A DNA stretch of 32,000 nucleotides, taken from the NCBI RefSeq assembly GCF_000023965.1, contig NC_013202.1:1230001-1262000 (forward strand), given 5' to 3'. Source of the DNA: Halomicrobium mukohataei DSM 12286 (GTDB lineage Archaea; Halobacteriota; Halobacteria; Halobacteriales; Haloarculaceae). Shown one piece after another: positions 7,725-16,397 of the stretch. The stretch's first letter is position 1; each line of letters starts with the position of its first letter. The translations under genes were made by a program, and so were the position numbers. The notes beneath the pieces were generated by a model. It was not told the DNA's origin, made no database searches, and was given only the letters and a program-made list of their open reading frames with translations.

Positions 7725-8945
7725 ATGTCGCGCAGTCCCTCGCTTCCCGATCGGCCCCGGTTGGATCTCGATCCCGACATGACGCCCGAGGAACGCCTCG
7801 AAGCGCTCCGGGATCACTTCGAACAGATCGTGGAAGTCAACGACGAGCTAGAATCGCAACTCGACGCGGCCAAGGACCGTCGGCGCTCGCTGACGGACGA
7901 CGTCGACCGCATCGAGCGGGAAAACGAGATGCTCAAGACCTCGTCGCTGTACATCGCGACGGCAGAGGAGGTCACCGACGACGGCGTGATCGTCAAGCAA
8001 CACGGCAACAACCAGGAGGTGCTGACCGAGGTCTCGCCGTCGATGCGGGAACGGCTCGAGGCCGGTGACCGAGTCGCGATCAACGACTCGTTCAGCGTCA
8101 AGGAGATCCTCGAAGGCGAGAAAGACGCCCGCGCACAGGCGATGGAGGTCGACGGCTCCCCCGACGTGACCTACGACGACATCGGCGGCCTCGAAGCGCA
8201 GATCCGCGAAGTTCGAGAGGCCGTCGAGGAGCCGCTGATCAACGCCGAGCAGTTCCGCGAGGTCGGCATCGAACCGCCGTCGGGCGTCCTCCTGCACGGT
8301 CCACCGGGCACGGGCAAGACGATGCTGGCCAAAGCCGTCGCCAACGAGACCGACGCCACCTTCATCAAGATGGCCGGCTCCGAGCTGGTCCGGAAGTTCA
8401 TCGGCGAGGGCGCGCGACTCGTCCGCGACCTGTTCGAGCTGGCGGCCGACCGCGAACCCGCCGTCATCTTCATCGACGAGATCGACGCCATCGCCGCCAA
8501 GCGAACCGAATCGAAGACCTCCGGCGACGCCGAGGTCCAGCGGACGATGATGCAGCTGCTCAGCGAGATGGACGGCTTCGACGAGCGCGGCGAGATCCGG
8601 ATCATCGCCGCGACCAACCGCTTCGACATGCTCGACCGGGCGATCCTCCGGCCCGGCCGCTTCGATCGGCTCATCGAGGTCCCCAACCCGGACTTCGACG
8701 GGCGGACGCGCATTCTGGAGATCCACACCGAGCAGATGGAGCTGGCCGACACGGTCGAGCTGTCGTCGATCGCCGGCAAGACCGACGGGCTCTCCGGTGC
8801 CGAACTGGCGTCGCTGGCGACCGAGGCCGGCATGTTCGCGATCCGCGACCAGCGGACCACCGTCACCGAGGCGGACTTCGACGACGCCCTGGAGAAGATC
8901 GAGGACGGCACCGAAGGCGGCAGCGTTCCCGTCGCCTTCGCCTGA
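7725..8945 (+). CDS. pan: Proteasome-activating nucleotidase PAN (AAA+ ATPase, 406 aa)
   Basis: N-terminal coiled coil, an OB region, Walker A GPPGTGKT, Walker [10 protein letters not shown] and the second region of homology. A/T box CTTAATAG about 30 nt upstream. Confidence 0.95.
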   Translation: MSRSPSLPDRPRLDLDPDMTPEERLEALRDHFEQIVEVNDELESQLDAAKDRRRSLTDDVDRIERENEMLKTSSLYIATAEEVTDDGVIVKQHGNNQEVLTEVSPSMRERLEAGDRVAINDSFSVKEILEGEKDARAQAMEVDGSPDVTYDDIGGLEAQIREVREAVEEPLINAEQFREVGIEPPSGVLLHGPPGTGKTMLAKAVANETDATFIKMAGSELVRKFIGEGARLVRDLFELAADREPAVIFIDEIDAIAAKRTESKTSGDAEVQRTMMQLLSEMDGFDERGEIRIIAATNRFDMLDRAILRPGRFDRLIEVPNPDFDGRTRILEIHTEQMELADTVELSSIAGKTDGLSGAELASLATEAGMFAIRDQRTTVTEADFDDALEKIEDGTEGGSVPVAFA

Positions 8946-8955
8946 CGCCGCTGAC

Positions 8956-8994
8956 CGTCGCCGTCGGACGATCTCACGGGACGGCGACGCGCTT
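8956..8994 (+). terminator. Weak hairpin + short T tract after pan
   Basis: 10-bp stem CGTCGCCGTC (8956-8965) / GACGGCGACG (8980-8989) followed by CGCTTTCG. Lies between the convergent pan and usp genes. Confidence 0.3.
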
Positions 8995-9033
8995 TCGATC
9001 GAACGGCCGACAGTCCGACTCCGCCTGCAGCAC

Positions 9034-9471
9034 CTACTCCGAGTCGTCGGAGACGTCGACGGTCAGCACCGGCGCGGGAGACTGCGTGACGACCTTCTGG
9101 GACGTACTGCCGAGCATGTTCTGCTCGTATTCGCCCGCCTGCGACCCCATCGTCACCAGATCGATCCCGGCGTCCTCGACGTAGGCAACGATGTGATCCG
9201 CTGGTCGACCGCGCAGAATCGTCTTCGTGACCGAGATGCCGGCTTCTTCGAGGGCCGCCTCCACGTCCGCGGTGGCGGCTCGCCCCTCGGCTTTCAGCTC
9301 TTCTAGCACTTCGTCTTGCATGTCGTCGTCCATCGACAGGAACGCCCGGTCGTCGACGACGTAGAGCGCGTGGACCGTGACGTTTCGTCCGTCGGCGATA
9401 TCGATCGTGTGCTCTAAGACCTGCTCGATAGAGTCGCTGCCGTCCGTCGGAACGAGAATATCGCTGTACAT
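9034..9471 (-). CDS. Universal stress protein (UspA family, 145 aa)
   Basis: MYSDILVPTDGSDSIEQVLEHTIDIA...VHALYVVD...DLVTMGSQAGEYEQNMLGSTSQKVVTQSPAPVLTV shows the typical Usp ATP-binding G-x2-G-x9-G-S motif. Confidence 0.9.
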   Translation of the reverse strand: MYSDILVPTDGSDSIEQVLEHTIDIADGRNVTVHALYVVDDRAFLSMDDDMQDEVLEELKAEGRAATADVEAALEEAGISVTKTILRGRPADHIVAYVEDAGIDLVTMGSQAGEYEQNMLGSTSQKVVTQSPAPVLTVDVSDDSE

Positions 9472-9614
9472 CGTCTGTCTCTATCCGGTTGTGACAGACA
9501 TCGTTTTTGATTCCGTCGGGCGGCCGGGCGCGCTCACGCTGGCGTGTCGCTAGGGGCACGCCCTCGGCCCAGCGAAGCGAAACCCCTTACAGCGAGCGTC
9601 GTCCAACGGCGTGT

Positions 9615-10085
9615 ATGAGCGTTATCCGGATCGTCTGGGGGACTGCCGGCGGCCCCACAGAGCTGTCGTCGTTCGACGCCGCGCTGGCCGACGCGGGCAT
9701 CCACAACTACAACCTCGTGACGCTGTCGTCGGTCATCCCGGCGGATCCGGAGATCGAAGTCGTCGGCACCGCCCCGGATCTGGGGCCGGTCGGTGCGGAA
9801 CTCCACACCGTCGAGTCGTCTGCGACGGCCGCGCCCGGCGAACGTGTGGCGGCGGGGATCGGTTGGTCGCGAAGCGAGTCCGGCCGCGGCATCTTCTACG
9901 AGGTCTCCGGCGAGGACCCCGACGACGTGCGGGCAGAGATCGAGGCGGGACTGGCGGCCGGCCGCCAGCTCCGAGACTGGACGTTCGTCGACACGGAGAC
10001 GGTCGTTCGGGCGGTCGAGGCCGACGAGGAGTACGCTAGCGCCGTCGTCTGTGCCGCCTACGGGAGAAGCCGGCTAGGGCTGTAA
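9615..10085 (+). CDS. pdaD: Pyruvoyl-dependent arginine decarboxylase (156 aa)
   Basis: MSVIRIVWGTAGGPTELSSFDAALADAGIHNYNLVTLSSVIP... includes the self-processing Ser-Ser site region. The upstream part of the track ORF (9507-) is Arg-rich. Confidence 0.9.
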   Translation: MSVIRIVWGTAGGPTELSSFDAALADAGIHNYNLVTLSSVIPADPEIEVVGTAPDLGPVGAELHTVESSATAAPGERVAAGIGWSRSESGRGIFYEVSGEDPDDVRAEIEAGLAAGRQLRDWTFVDTETVVRAVEADEEYASAVVCAAYGRSRLGL

Positions 10086-10134
10086 CCATCGCCGCCCTTT
10101 TAAACTCTGTTCGCATAGATGCACCGGAAACCGA

Positions 10135-10485
10135 ATGTACGGGAACACACAGTTTGGGGCAGACGTAGAGGAGGTGGACCTGACGCCGGAGCAGCGTCAG
10201 TCGCTCCGTCGCGATCTGACCCACGTGGCGGCCGGACTCCGTGAGGTCCTCCCCGGCGAGTTCGTGGTCGGCTCCGAGATCACGAGCGGTTCGAGCGGAC
10301 CGCGTGCGACGATCGCCGTCCAGCCGCCGCTTGGCTCGGTCGTCAGCGCGGGCTACTCACCGACCGAAGACAAAGTCGAGATCACCGACGACGAGCGCGA
10401 CGACCTCGTCCACGGACTGGCCGCGTCGGCGGCGCTGCAGGTCAAGCAGGCCATGACCGACGACGCCGCGCCGACGGCACAGTAG
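10135..10485 (+). CDS. Acidic cytosolic protein of unknown function (116 aa)
   Basis: Haloarchaeal acidic composition and GC3-rich codons. A/T box CTTTTAAAC (10097-10105) lies about 30 nt upstream of the ATG. I can name no family with confidence. Confidence 0.6.
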   Translation: MYGNTQFGADVEEVDLTPEQRQSLRRDLTHVAAGLREVLPGEFVVGSEITSGSSGPRATIAVQPPLGSVVSAGYSPTEDKVEITDDERDDLVHGLAASAALQVKQAMTDDAAPTAQ

Positions 10486-10493
10486 ACGTTCTA

Positions 10494-10679
10494 CTACTCG
10501 CTTGCCGGCGGATCGTAAAACAGCGCGTAGCCGAGCGTCCCGCCGGCCGGCACACTCCCGGCACCCATCGCGACGCCGAACTGTACCGAGAAGACGACGC
10601 CGACCAGCGACGCCACCAGCAGGGGTAGCGCCATCGCGACCAGCACCAGATCCGCGGTCGCCAGTTCGCCCGAGAGCAT
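10494..10679 (-). CDS. Small two-helix membrane protein (61 aa), unknown function
   Basis: MLSGELATADLVLVAMALPLLVASLVGVVFSVQFGVAMGAGSVPAGGTLGYALFYDPP has two hydrophobic segments. A strong A/T box lies directly upstream (10705-10720). Confidence 0.45.
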   Translation of the reverse strand: MLSGELATADLVLVAMALPLLVASLVGVVFSVQFGVAMGAGSVPAGGTLGYALFYDPPASE

Positions 10680-10704
10680 CGTACGCGGGTCGTCGCTCGC
10701 CGTC

Positions 10705-10720
10705 TAATTAAATATTATTA
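10705..10720 (-). promoter_or_regulatory. 16-nt pure A/T tract (TAATTAAATATTATTA); candidate TATA/promoter for the 61-aa membrane protein gene
   Basis: This is the longest uninterrupted A/T run I saw in the window. Its proximal edge is about 26 nt upstream of ATG 10679 (minus strand), and it lies downstream of the infB stop. Confidence 0.45.
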
Positions 10721-10752
10721 CTCGGCGGCCGGCGTCACGGTGCCGTCGTTCG

Positions 10753-12567
10753 CTACTTCCCCCAGAAGGGGTCGCGGTTGCGCTGTTTCTCCAGGTACTG
10801 ACTGAGCGCCTCGCGTTCGTCGCCCGTGATGTCCTCTTTGAGTTCCTGTTCGAGGATCTTGGCGTGTTTCTCGGGCAGTTCGGTCCACAGTTCGTCGCCC
10901 TCCTCGATCTGGCGGCCGACGGTCGGTCCATCGATGGAGACGGCCACGCGGTCTCCTCGACCGGCCTCGTCGACGTCCTCGCCCTCGTCCTGGATGGACT
11001 TGAGGTGGCCGACGCGTTCGGGCTCGTCGCCGTCGAACAGCGCGACGTTGCTGTTTCGCTTGATCCGTCCGGCGAGGATCTCGACGCCGACGACGGCGGG
11101 ATCGGACTGGCGGAAGGTGTGATCCTGGAGGATCTGGAACCGCGCGGGTCGAGTGATGTTGTCGAGGATCTGGTCTTGCTGGGCGGTCTCGATGGCTTCG
11201 ACGTGGTCCTCGTAGTGCTCGATCAGCTGGTAGATCACGTCGTCGGCGAAGATCTCCACGTCCTCCTGGTCGGCCAGTCGTTCGGCGTCGTCGAGGGTGT
11301 CGACGCCGAAGGCCAGCACGGCCCGGTTGATCGGCTCGCCCGCGGTCTCGGCGACTCGAACGTCTCGCGGAGCCACGTCGCCGACCTCGGCGCGCATCAC
11401 GGGTATCTCGTGTTCTTCGAGCGTCCCGGAGAGCGCTTCCAGCGAGCCGAGCGTGTCGGCTTTGATGACGACGCCCTCCTCGGCTGTCGAGACCTCGAAG
11501 CCGGCCAGTTCCTCCTCGACTTCGAGGATGACCTCGTCGACGTCGCGATCGCGGACGACTCGGACCGGTGCTCCGGCCATCGCGTCGTCGAGATCCGGCG
11601 CGGCGATTTTCACCCCGTCTGCCGCGGCGACAGACTCGACGCGTTCGAACTGCTTCTCGGTGCGGATCTCCGCCAGCGGCTGGGGCTTCAACAGCGCTCG
11701 GACCTCCGTGACGATCGGGCCGTCCAGGCCGCCGACGACGATCTCGTCGTCCTCGCTGATGGTCCCGTCGTAGACGACGGCGTCGACGGTCGTGCCGAAC
11801 CCGCGGGCGTCGGTCACTTCCAGCACGGTGCCGACGCCGGGGCCGCCCACGTCGATGGACATCTCTTCTTTGAGGTAGCGCTGGGACAGCCCCATCATCA
11901 CCGTCAGCAGGTCCGGCACTCCCTCGCCGGTCTCGGCCGAGACGGGGACGACGCCGATGTTGTTCTGGAAGTCCTGCACGCGCCAGTACATGTCGGCCGA
12001 GAAGCCGTTGTCCGAGAGCTGGCCGATGATCTCGTACAGTTTCTCGTCGAGGTCGCCCTGGACGCGGTCGGACTGTTTCTCCTTGCTCACCCGGACCGGT
12101 TCGCCCTCGTTGGGGTTCCAGCCGGGGACGGTGTCGATCTTGTTGGCGGCGACGATGAACGGCGTCTGGGTCCGCTTGAGGATGTCGATGGCCTCCATCG
12201 TCTGGGGCTGGAAGCCGTCGTTGACGTCGACGACGAGGATCGCGATGTCGGCCAGCGCGCCGCCGCGCGATCGCAGCGTCGAGAACGAGTGGTGGCCCGG
12301 CGTGTCGATAAACAGCAGGCCGGGGAGGTCGAAGTCGGTCGGGTCGACGAGGTCGCCGGCCATCGACGAGATCACGTCCAGCGGCACGGCCGTCGAGCCG
12401 ATGTGCTGGGTGATCGCGCCGGACTCGCCCGCGGTCACCGCCGAGCCACGGATCTTGTCCAGGAGGCTCGTCTTGCCGTGGTCGACGTGGCCAAGCACCG
12501 CCACGATCGGGGTTCGAAGTCCACCAGCGTCGGCGTCGTCGTCAGCGTGAGAATCGGGTTCGGACAT
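10753..12567 (-). CDS. infB: Translation initiation factor aIF5B / IF-2 (604 aa)
   Basis: [22 protein letters not shown] and NKID GTPase motifs, followed by domains II-IV along the full length. Confidence 0.95.
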   Translation of the reverse strand: MSEPDSHADDDADAGGLRTPIVAVLGHVDHGKTSLLDKIRGSAVTAGESGAITQHIGSTAVPLDVISSMAGDLVDPTDFDLPGLLFIDTPGHHSFSTLRSRGGALADIAILVVDVNDGFQPQTMEAIDILKRTQTPFIVAANKIDTVPGWNPNEGEPVRVSKEKQSDRVQGDLDEKLYEIIGQLSDNGFSADMYWRVQDFQNNIGVVPVSAETGEGVPDLLTVMMGLSQRYLKEEMSIDVGGPGVGTVLEVTDARGFGTTVDAVVYDGTISEDDEIVVGGLDGPIVTEVRALLKPQPLAEIRTEKQFERVESVAAADGVKIAAPDLDDAMAGAPVRVVRDRDVDEVILEVEEELAGFEVSTAEEGVVIKADTLGSLEALSGTLEEHEIPVMRAEVGDVAPRDVRVAETAGEPINRAVLAFGVDTLDDAERLADQEDVEIFADDVIYQLIEHYEDHVEAIETAQQDQILDNITRPARFQILQDHTFRQSDPAVVGVEILAGRIKRNSNVALFDGDEPERVGHLKSIQDEGEDVDEAGRGDRVAVSIDGPTVGRQIEEGDELWTELPEKHAKILEQELKEDITGDEREALSQYLEKQRNRDPFWGK

Positions 12568-12658
12568 GAGAGATCACCGTCCAGAAGTTATTCGTTCGGA
12601 GTCGGTCGCACCTGATAAGTGCATCGTAATCTCGCCGTTTGTGGCGCTGCTGGCGCGA

Positions 12659-13177
12659 TCAGACGACTTCGAAGGACGCGGTCATCCCGCTCCCTTGGTG
12701 GGGCACACAGTAGTACTCGTAGGTGCCCGTCGTCTCGAAGGTGTAGACGTGCGTGTAGCCGCTGCCGTAGGTGTCGGACCCCGGCGTCCCGGACCAGTCG
12801 CTCCCGTCGGGCGTCGTGTCGGGGGCGACGTTGTGACCGCCCGCTTGCCACACCCAGCGGACGGTCTCGCCGGCACTGATCTCGAACGACTCCGGCGAGA
12901 ACCGGAGCCGTCCCTCCGGTGCCACCGTGACCGTCCGGGCGACCGTCGGTGTCGGCGTCGGCGTGTCGGTGGGTGTCGGCGTGTCGGTGGGCGTCGGCGT
13001 GTCGGTCGCGGTCGGTGTGTCGGTGGGCGTCGGCGTGTCGGTGGGCGTCGGCGTGTCGGTCGCGGTCGGTGTGTCGGTGGGCGTCGACGTGTCGGTCGTC
13101 CCGCCGTCGCCGGTACAGCCGGTGAGGCCGACGACGGGCGCGGTCACGAGCGCGGCGAGGTAGTCGCGGCGGTCCAT
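12659..13177 (-). CDS. Halocyanin-type blue (type 1) copper protein; Tat signal + lipobox lipoprotein (172 aa)
   Basis: MDRRDYLAALVTAPVVGLTGC carries a twin-Arg and an LTGC lipobox. A Thr/Asp/Pro linker follows, then a cupredoxin domain with ligands H (GGHNV) and C-x2-H-x4-M (YYCVPHQGSGM). The track ORF (to 13501) extends upstream through non-protein-like sequence. Confidence 0.85.
   Translation of the reverse strand: MDRRDYLAALVTAPVVGLTGCTGDGGTTDTSTPTDTPTATDTPTPTDTPTPTDTPTATDTPTPTDTPTPTDTPTPTPTVARTVTVAPEGRLRFSPESFEISAGETVRWVWQAGGHNVAPDTTPDGSDWSGTPGSDTYGSGYTHVYTFETTGTYEYYCVPHQGSGMTASFEVV
12945..13100. repeat. 18-nt tandem repeat (about 8 units) with a 54-nt higher-order duplication, encoding the (TDTPTP/TDTPTA)n linker of halocyanin
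   Basis: Units of GTGTCGGTGGGCGTCGGC / GTGTCGGTCGCGGTCGGT start at 12963, 12981, 12999, 13017, 13035, 13053 and 13071. Segments 12981-13034 and 13035-13088 are identical at 53 of 54 positions. Confidence 0.9.
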
Positions 13178-13268
13178 ACCACTCCCTCGGACGGCAGACA
13201 CTAATACCGTATGCCAGCACGTCTGACGGCCCGTGGCGTTTATGGTACAGGAATCGGAAGGGGCCAGT

Positions 13269-13508
13269 ATGGCAGAAATACTCGCCGAGAACCTCTCGGG
13301 GAAAGACGTCATGGGGACGGACGGAACCGAGATCGGTAGCCTGTACAACATCACGATGGATCTGGACACGGGGGCACTGGAGCACCTCCTCATCGACGCC
13401 GACGGCGCGCTCGGACAGACGGAGTTCGAGCGCGACGAGACCGGGCGCTTGCTCGTCCCGGTCGAGCGAGTCCAGGCAGTCAAAGACCACATGATCGTCA
13501 AGCGTTAG
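13269..13508 (+). CDS. PRC-barrel domain protein (79 aa)
   Basis: MAEILAENLSGKDVMGTDGTEIGSLYNITMDLDTGALEHLLIDAD...LLVPVERVQAVKDHMIVK shows the typical PRC-barrel pattern. A/T box GTTTATGG lies about 25 nt upstream of ATG 13269. Confidence 0.8.
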   Translation: MAEILAENLSGKDVMGTDGTEIGSLYNITMDLDTGALEHLLIDADGALGQTEFERDETGRLLVPVERVQAVKDHMIVKR

Positions 13509-13967
13509 ATGTACATTCTGGACTCCTCGGCGTTTATCAACGAGTATCACACCGACGAGCCGATCGCTTCGATTCCGCTCGTCCGCGAGGAACTCGAAGA
13601 CGAGAGCGCCTACCGCTTCGACGCGCTGGAAGGGTCGGGGATGCACATGCACATCCCCGAACCCGAGACCGTCGAACGGGTCGAGCGGGCCGCCGACGAG
13701 ACCGGCGACCTCGCGGAACTCTCCCAGACCGACGTTCGCCTGATCGCCGCCGCGTTCGAACTCGACGGGCGGCTGGTCACCGACGACTACGCGATGCAGA
13801 ACGTCTCGGAGAAGCTCTCGGTCGCCGTCGAAGTGATCGCACAGGACGGCATCGACGAGCAGCGCGACTGGCGTTTCCAGTGTCAGGGGTGTGGACGCGA
13901 GTTCGACGAGAACCACGACCGCTGTCCGATCTGTGGCAGCGATCTCTCGCGAAAGAATCCGGCTTAA
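13509..13967 (+). CDS. Nob1-type endoribonuclease: PIN domain + C-terminal zinc ribbon (152 aa)
   Basis: MYILDSSAFI... gives the PIN acidic residues, then CQGCGREFDENHDRCPICGS (CxxC...CxxC). The size and architecture match archaeal Nob1. The start abuts the PRC-barrel stop (TAGATG at 13506-13511). Confidence 0.8.
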   Translation: MYILDSSAFINEYHTDEPIASIPLVREELEDESAYRFDALEGSGMHMHIPEPETVERVERAADETGDLAELSQTDVRLIAAAFELDGRLVTDDYAMQNVSEKLSVAVEVIAQDGIDEQRDWRFQCQGCGREFDENHDRCPICGSDLSRKNPA

Positions 13968-14110
13968 ACCGTCGACTCCTCGGCGGCTTCGAGTCCGAGG
14001 TCGAGCAACTGTTCGAGGACCTCCTCCTCGGTGATCCCGTACCGGTGGGCCAGCCGACTGATCGCCCTGACCTGGTCGTCGTCGCACACGACCGTGTACC
14101 GGGTTGGCAT
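13964..14110 (-). CDS. Small ribbon-helix-helix (CopG-like) protein, 48 aa; not in the supplied ORF track
   Basis: My own translation of the minus strand gives MPTRYTVVCDDDQVRAISRLAHRYGITEEEVLEQLLDLGLEAAEESTV*. It has a beta-alpha-alpha pattern, GC3-rich haloarchaeal codons and an acidic C-terminus. TATA-like GCTTTATGC lies 25-30 nt upstream. Its stop overlaps the Nob1 stop within TTAA (13964-13967). Confidence 0.5.
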   Translation of the reverse strand: MPTRYTVVCDDDQVRAISRLAHRYGITEEEVLEQLLDLGLEAAEESTV

Positions 14111-14134
14111 ACCACTCGGTAGGTGAGAGTGCTG

Positions 14135-14140
14135 CATAAA
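14135..14140 (-). promoter_or_regulatory. TATA-like box (TTTATG on the minus strand) for the 48-aa RHH gene
   Basis: Centred about 28 nt upstream of ATG 14110, in the 58-nt spacer after the CPBP protease stop. Confidence 0.4.
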
Positions 14141-14168
14141 GCCCCGTCAGACGGCCGTCACACCGTCG

Positions 14169-14924
14169 CTATCCAAGTATCGAGAGTCCGTAGACGGCCC
14201 GGAGCCACTCTCCGAGGTAGATCGAGACGTTCCAGGCCGCGTGGATCCCGATCGGAACGAGGATACTCTCGGTGCGTTCGTAGACGGCACCCAGCACCAG
14301 TCCCAGCACCGTCGCCACGGCGAGGTAGGTCACCGTTCCCGCTCCGGACAGCGCCCCGGAGTGGGAGAGTCCGAACAGCAGGCTCGCGATCACGACCGCC
14401 GGCACCGAGCCGTACGCCTGGCGGAACTTCCCCTGGACGAGCCCGCGAAAGAGCAGCTCCTCGCCCGGAGCGACCAGCACCACCGTGATCGGGAGCAAGA
14501 TCAGAAACAGGAGCGGGTGCTCCCGGCCCGTGAGGATCGCCTGGTTCTGTGCCGTCTCGACGCCCAGCAGTCCGACGATCTGCTCTAGGGCAGTCGACGC
14601 GGCCAGCAAGACGAGAAAGCCCAGCACGATCCAGCTCAGGTCTCGGATCGTCGGAGTGTGAAATCGAACGAGCCCGTCCGTCTCGCGGCTCTGGCGGTAT
14701 CCGAACACGGCCACCAGGAAGCCGGCCGGCAAGAGCGCGTACTGCACCGAGTAGTAGACGACCGGTGCGGTCGCCTCGGTGACTCCGAGCGCGTCGGCGA
14801 CGCTGACGCCCAGCGACGCGAGGACGAGTCCCACCAGATAGGCGAACGCGATCACGGCCAGCGACGTGACGGCGGCCTCCAGTCGTACCGAGCGATCGGC
14901 GGTGTGGTACAGATCCGACCCCAT
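14169..14924 (-). CDS. CPBP family intramembrane glutamic endopeptidase (CAAX protease/Abi family, 251 aa)
   Basis: Multi-TM protein with the signature motifs EELLFRG, FGLSH and HAAWN. Confidence 0.88.
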   Translation of the reverse strand: MGSDLYHTADRSVRLEAAVTSLAVIAFAYLVGLVLASLGVSVADALGVTEATAPVVYYSVQYALLPAGFLVAVFGYRQSRETDGLVRFHTPTIRDLSWIVLGFLVLLAASTALEQIVGLLGVETAQNQAILTGREHPLLFLILLPITVVLVAPGEELLFRGLVQGKFRQAYGSVPAVVIASLLFGLSHSGALSGAGTVTYLAVATVLGLVLGAVYERTESILVPIGIHAAWNVSIYLGEWLRAVYGLSILG

Positions 14925-14958
14925 CTACCCGGCCGTTCGGGGCTCGGCCGTAAATACG

Positions 14959-16272
14959 CTACCGTCCGCCCTCGCCGTCGACGATCAGTTCGTGCTTGTC
15001 CTCGATGGCGGCGGTCTTCTCGGTCTCGTCGCCTTCGAGGACGTCTCTGGCGGCCTGCTTGCCCCACTCGACGGCGGGCTGGGTGAACGTCTCGACGCCG
15101 GCCAGTTCGCCCACGAGGACACAGGCGGCCTCCATCGCGTAGAGGAGTTCGCCCAGTCCCCGCGGATCGAGGCGGTCGAGTTCGACGCGGACGTTCGGCT
15201 GACCGGCTTCGGCGAGACTGGCCTCGGTCGCACGTAGCTCCGTGTCCAGCAGTTCCCCGAGGTCGGTCCCTTCGAGGTGGGCGAGCGCGTCGGCCTCCGC
15301 GGCCGGCACGTCCAGCGACGGCCGTTCACGGGGTCGCAGCAGCGTCACGAGCTTGTCCCGGCGGCCCGCTCGGTACAGCTGCAGTTGGGAGTGTTGATCG
15401 GTCGCGCCCAGTGCGCGGGCCGGCGTCTGGCCCCGGCCGTCTTTGCCGAGACTCTCGGCCCACAGCTGGGCGAACCACTCGGCGAACGGCTCCAGTCGCT
15501 CGGCGTAGGGGACGACGGCGTTGATCGTCGCGCCGCGCTCTTCGAGGCCGTACGCGACCGCGCCGTAGGCGTAGGCGGGACACTCGAACAGCGACGAGTC
15601 GAGCGTCTCTGCAGCGGCCGCCGCCCCGTCGAGCAGCCCCTCGATGTCACAGCCCAGGATCGCCGCCGGCACCAGCCCGACCGACGACAGCGCTGCGAAG
15701 CGACCCGGAACGCCGTCGGGCACCGCCAGCGTCGGCAGGTCGTGCTCGTCGGCCAGCGCCGCCAGCGGTCCCTCGTCGCCGGTCGTGACGACCGTCCGCT
15801 CGGTCCAGTCGACCCCTGCCTCGACCATCGCCTCGCGAACGACGAGGAAGTTCGACAGCGTCTCGGCCGTGGTGCCGGACTTCGAGACGACGTTGATCGC
15901 CGTCTCGGCCAGCGACAGCTCCGAGAGCACGCGCGAGACGTGGTCCGGATCGACGTTGTCGAGCACGACGTGGCTCGTCCCGCCGTCCGCTGCCAGTGCG
16001 CTCGTGATCGTCCGCGCACCGAGCGCGCTGCCACCGATGCCGACCGTCACGACCGTCTCCGCGTCCGCGACCGGCGCGACGGCGTCGCGGATCGCCTCAG
16101 CGTCGGTGGTCCTCGGCAGGTTCAGGGCGGCGTAGCCGAACTCGCCGTCGGTTCGCCCGCGCTCGATTCGCTCGTGGGCCCGAGCGACGCGTTCGTCCAG
16201 CGTCGCCAGCTCGTCGCGGGAGAGACCGGGCTCGGCCACCGCTGCCAGTGCGTTTCCGATGTCGACGTTCAT
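14959..16272 (-). CDS. pgi: Glucose-6-phosphate isomerase (437 aa)
   Basis: VVTVGIGGSALGARTI, SKSGTTAETL, two SIS domains and ...GATDQHSQLQLY... are typical archaeal/bacterial PGI features. Confidence 0.9.
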   Translation of the reverse strand: MNVDIGNALAAVAEPGLSRDELATLDERVARAHERIERGRTDGEFGYAALNLPRTTDAEAIRDAVAPVADAETVVTVGIGGSALGARTITSALAADGGTSHVVLDNVDPDHVSRVLSELSLAETAINVVSKSGTTAETLSNFLVVREAMVEAGVDWTERTVVTTGDEGPLAALADEHDLPTLAVPDGVPGRFAALSSVGLVPAAILGCDIEGLLDGAAAAAETLDSSLFECPAYAYGAVAYGLEERGATINAVVPYAERLEPFAEWFAQLWAESLGKDGRGQTPARALGATDQHSQLQLYRAGRRDKLVTLLRPRERPSLDVPAAEADALAHLEGTDLGELLDTELRATEASLAEAGQPNVRVELDRLDPRGLGELLYAMEAACVLVGELAGVETFTQPAVEWGKQAARDVLEGDETEKTAAIEDKHELIVDGEGGR

Positions 16273-16367
16273 ACGCTCGCCTCGACCGGGAGGGGTAAAA
16301 GTCCGCTCTCTTCGCTCCGCACCGTCGCGGCCCGGATCGCCGACCGTCCTCCCGTCGAAACACGGCG

Positions 16368-16373
16368 TTTAAC
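16368..16373 (+). promoter_or_regulatory. TATA-like box (TTTAAC) for the 16398 membrane protein gene, in the divergent pgi spacer
   Basis: Centred about 27 nt upstream of ATG 16398. A mirror box (CTTTTACCC on the minus strand, about 16293-16303) sits about 25 nt upstream of the pgi ATG 16272. Confidence 0.4.
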
Positions 16374-16397
16374 CGCGGGCGAGCCGTACGCCCGGCC

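Noticed and set aside
12945-13100. Regular short repeats that could be mistaken for a CRISPR array or a satellite.
   Set aside because: The repeats are contiguous 18-nt units without spacers. They are in frame within the halocyanin gene and translate to a TDTPTP linker.
13178-13190. The shared sequence GAGTGGT immediately upstream of the ATG of both the halocyanin gene (13177) and the RHH gene (14110), considered as a possible common regulatory or SD-like element.
   Set aside because: It is only 7 nt and directly abuts the start codon, so there is no spacing for an SD interaction. Both genes have TATA-like boxes positioned for leaderless transcripts. Most likely coincidence.
13509-14110. A VapBC-like toxin-antitoxin pair (PIN-domain protein next to a small RHH protein).
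   Set aside because: The genes are convergent, not an antitoxin-toxin operon. The PIN protein carries the C-terminal zinc ribbon and the size typical of the housekeeping nuclease Nob1, and it is coupled to a PRC-barrel gene instead.
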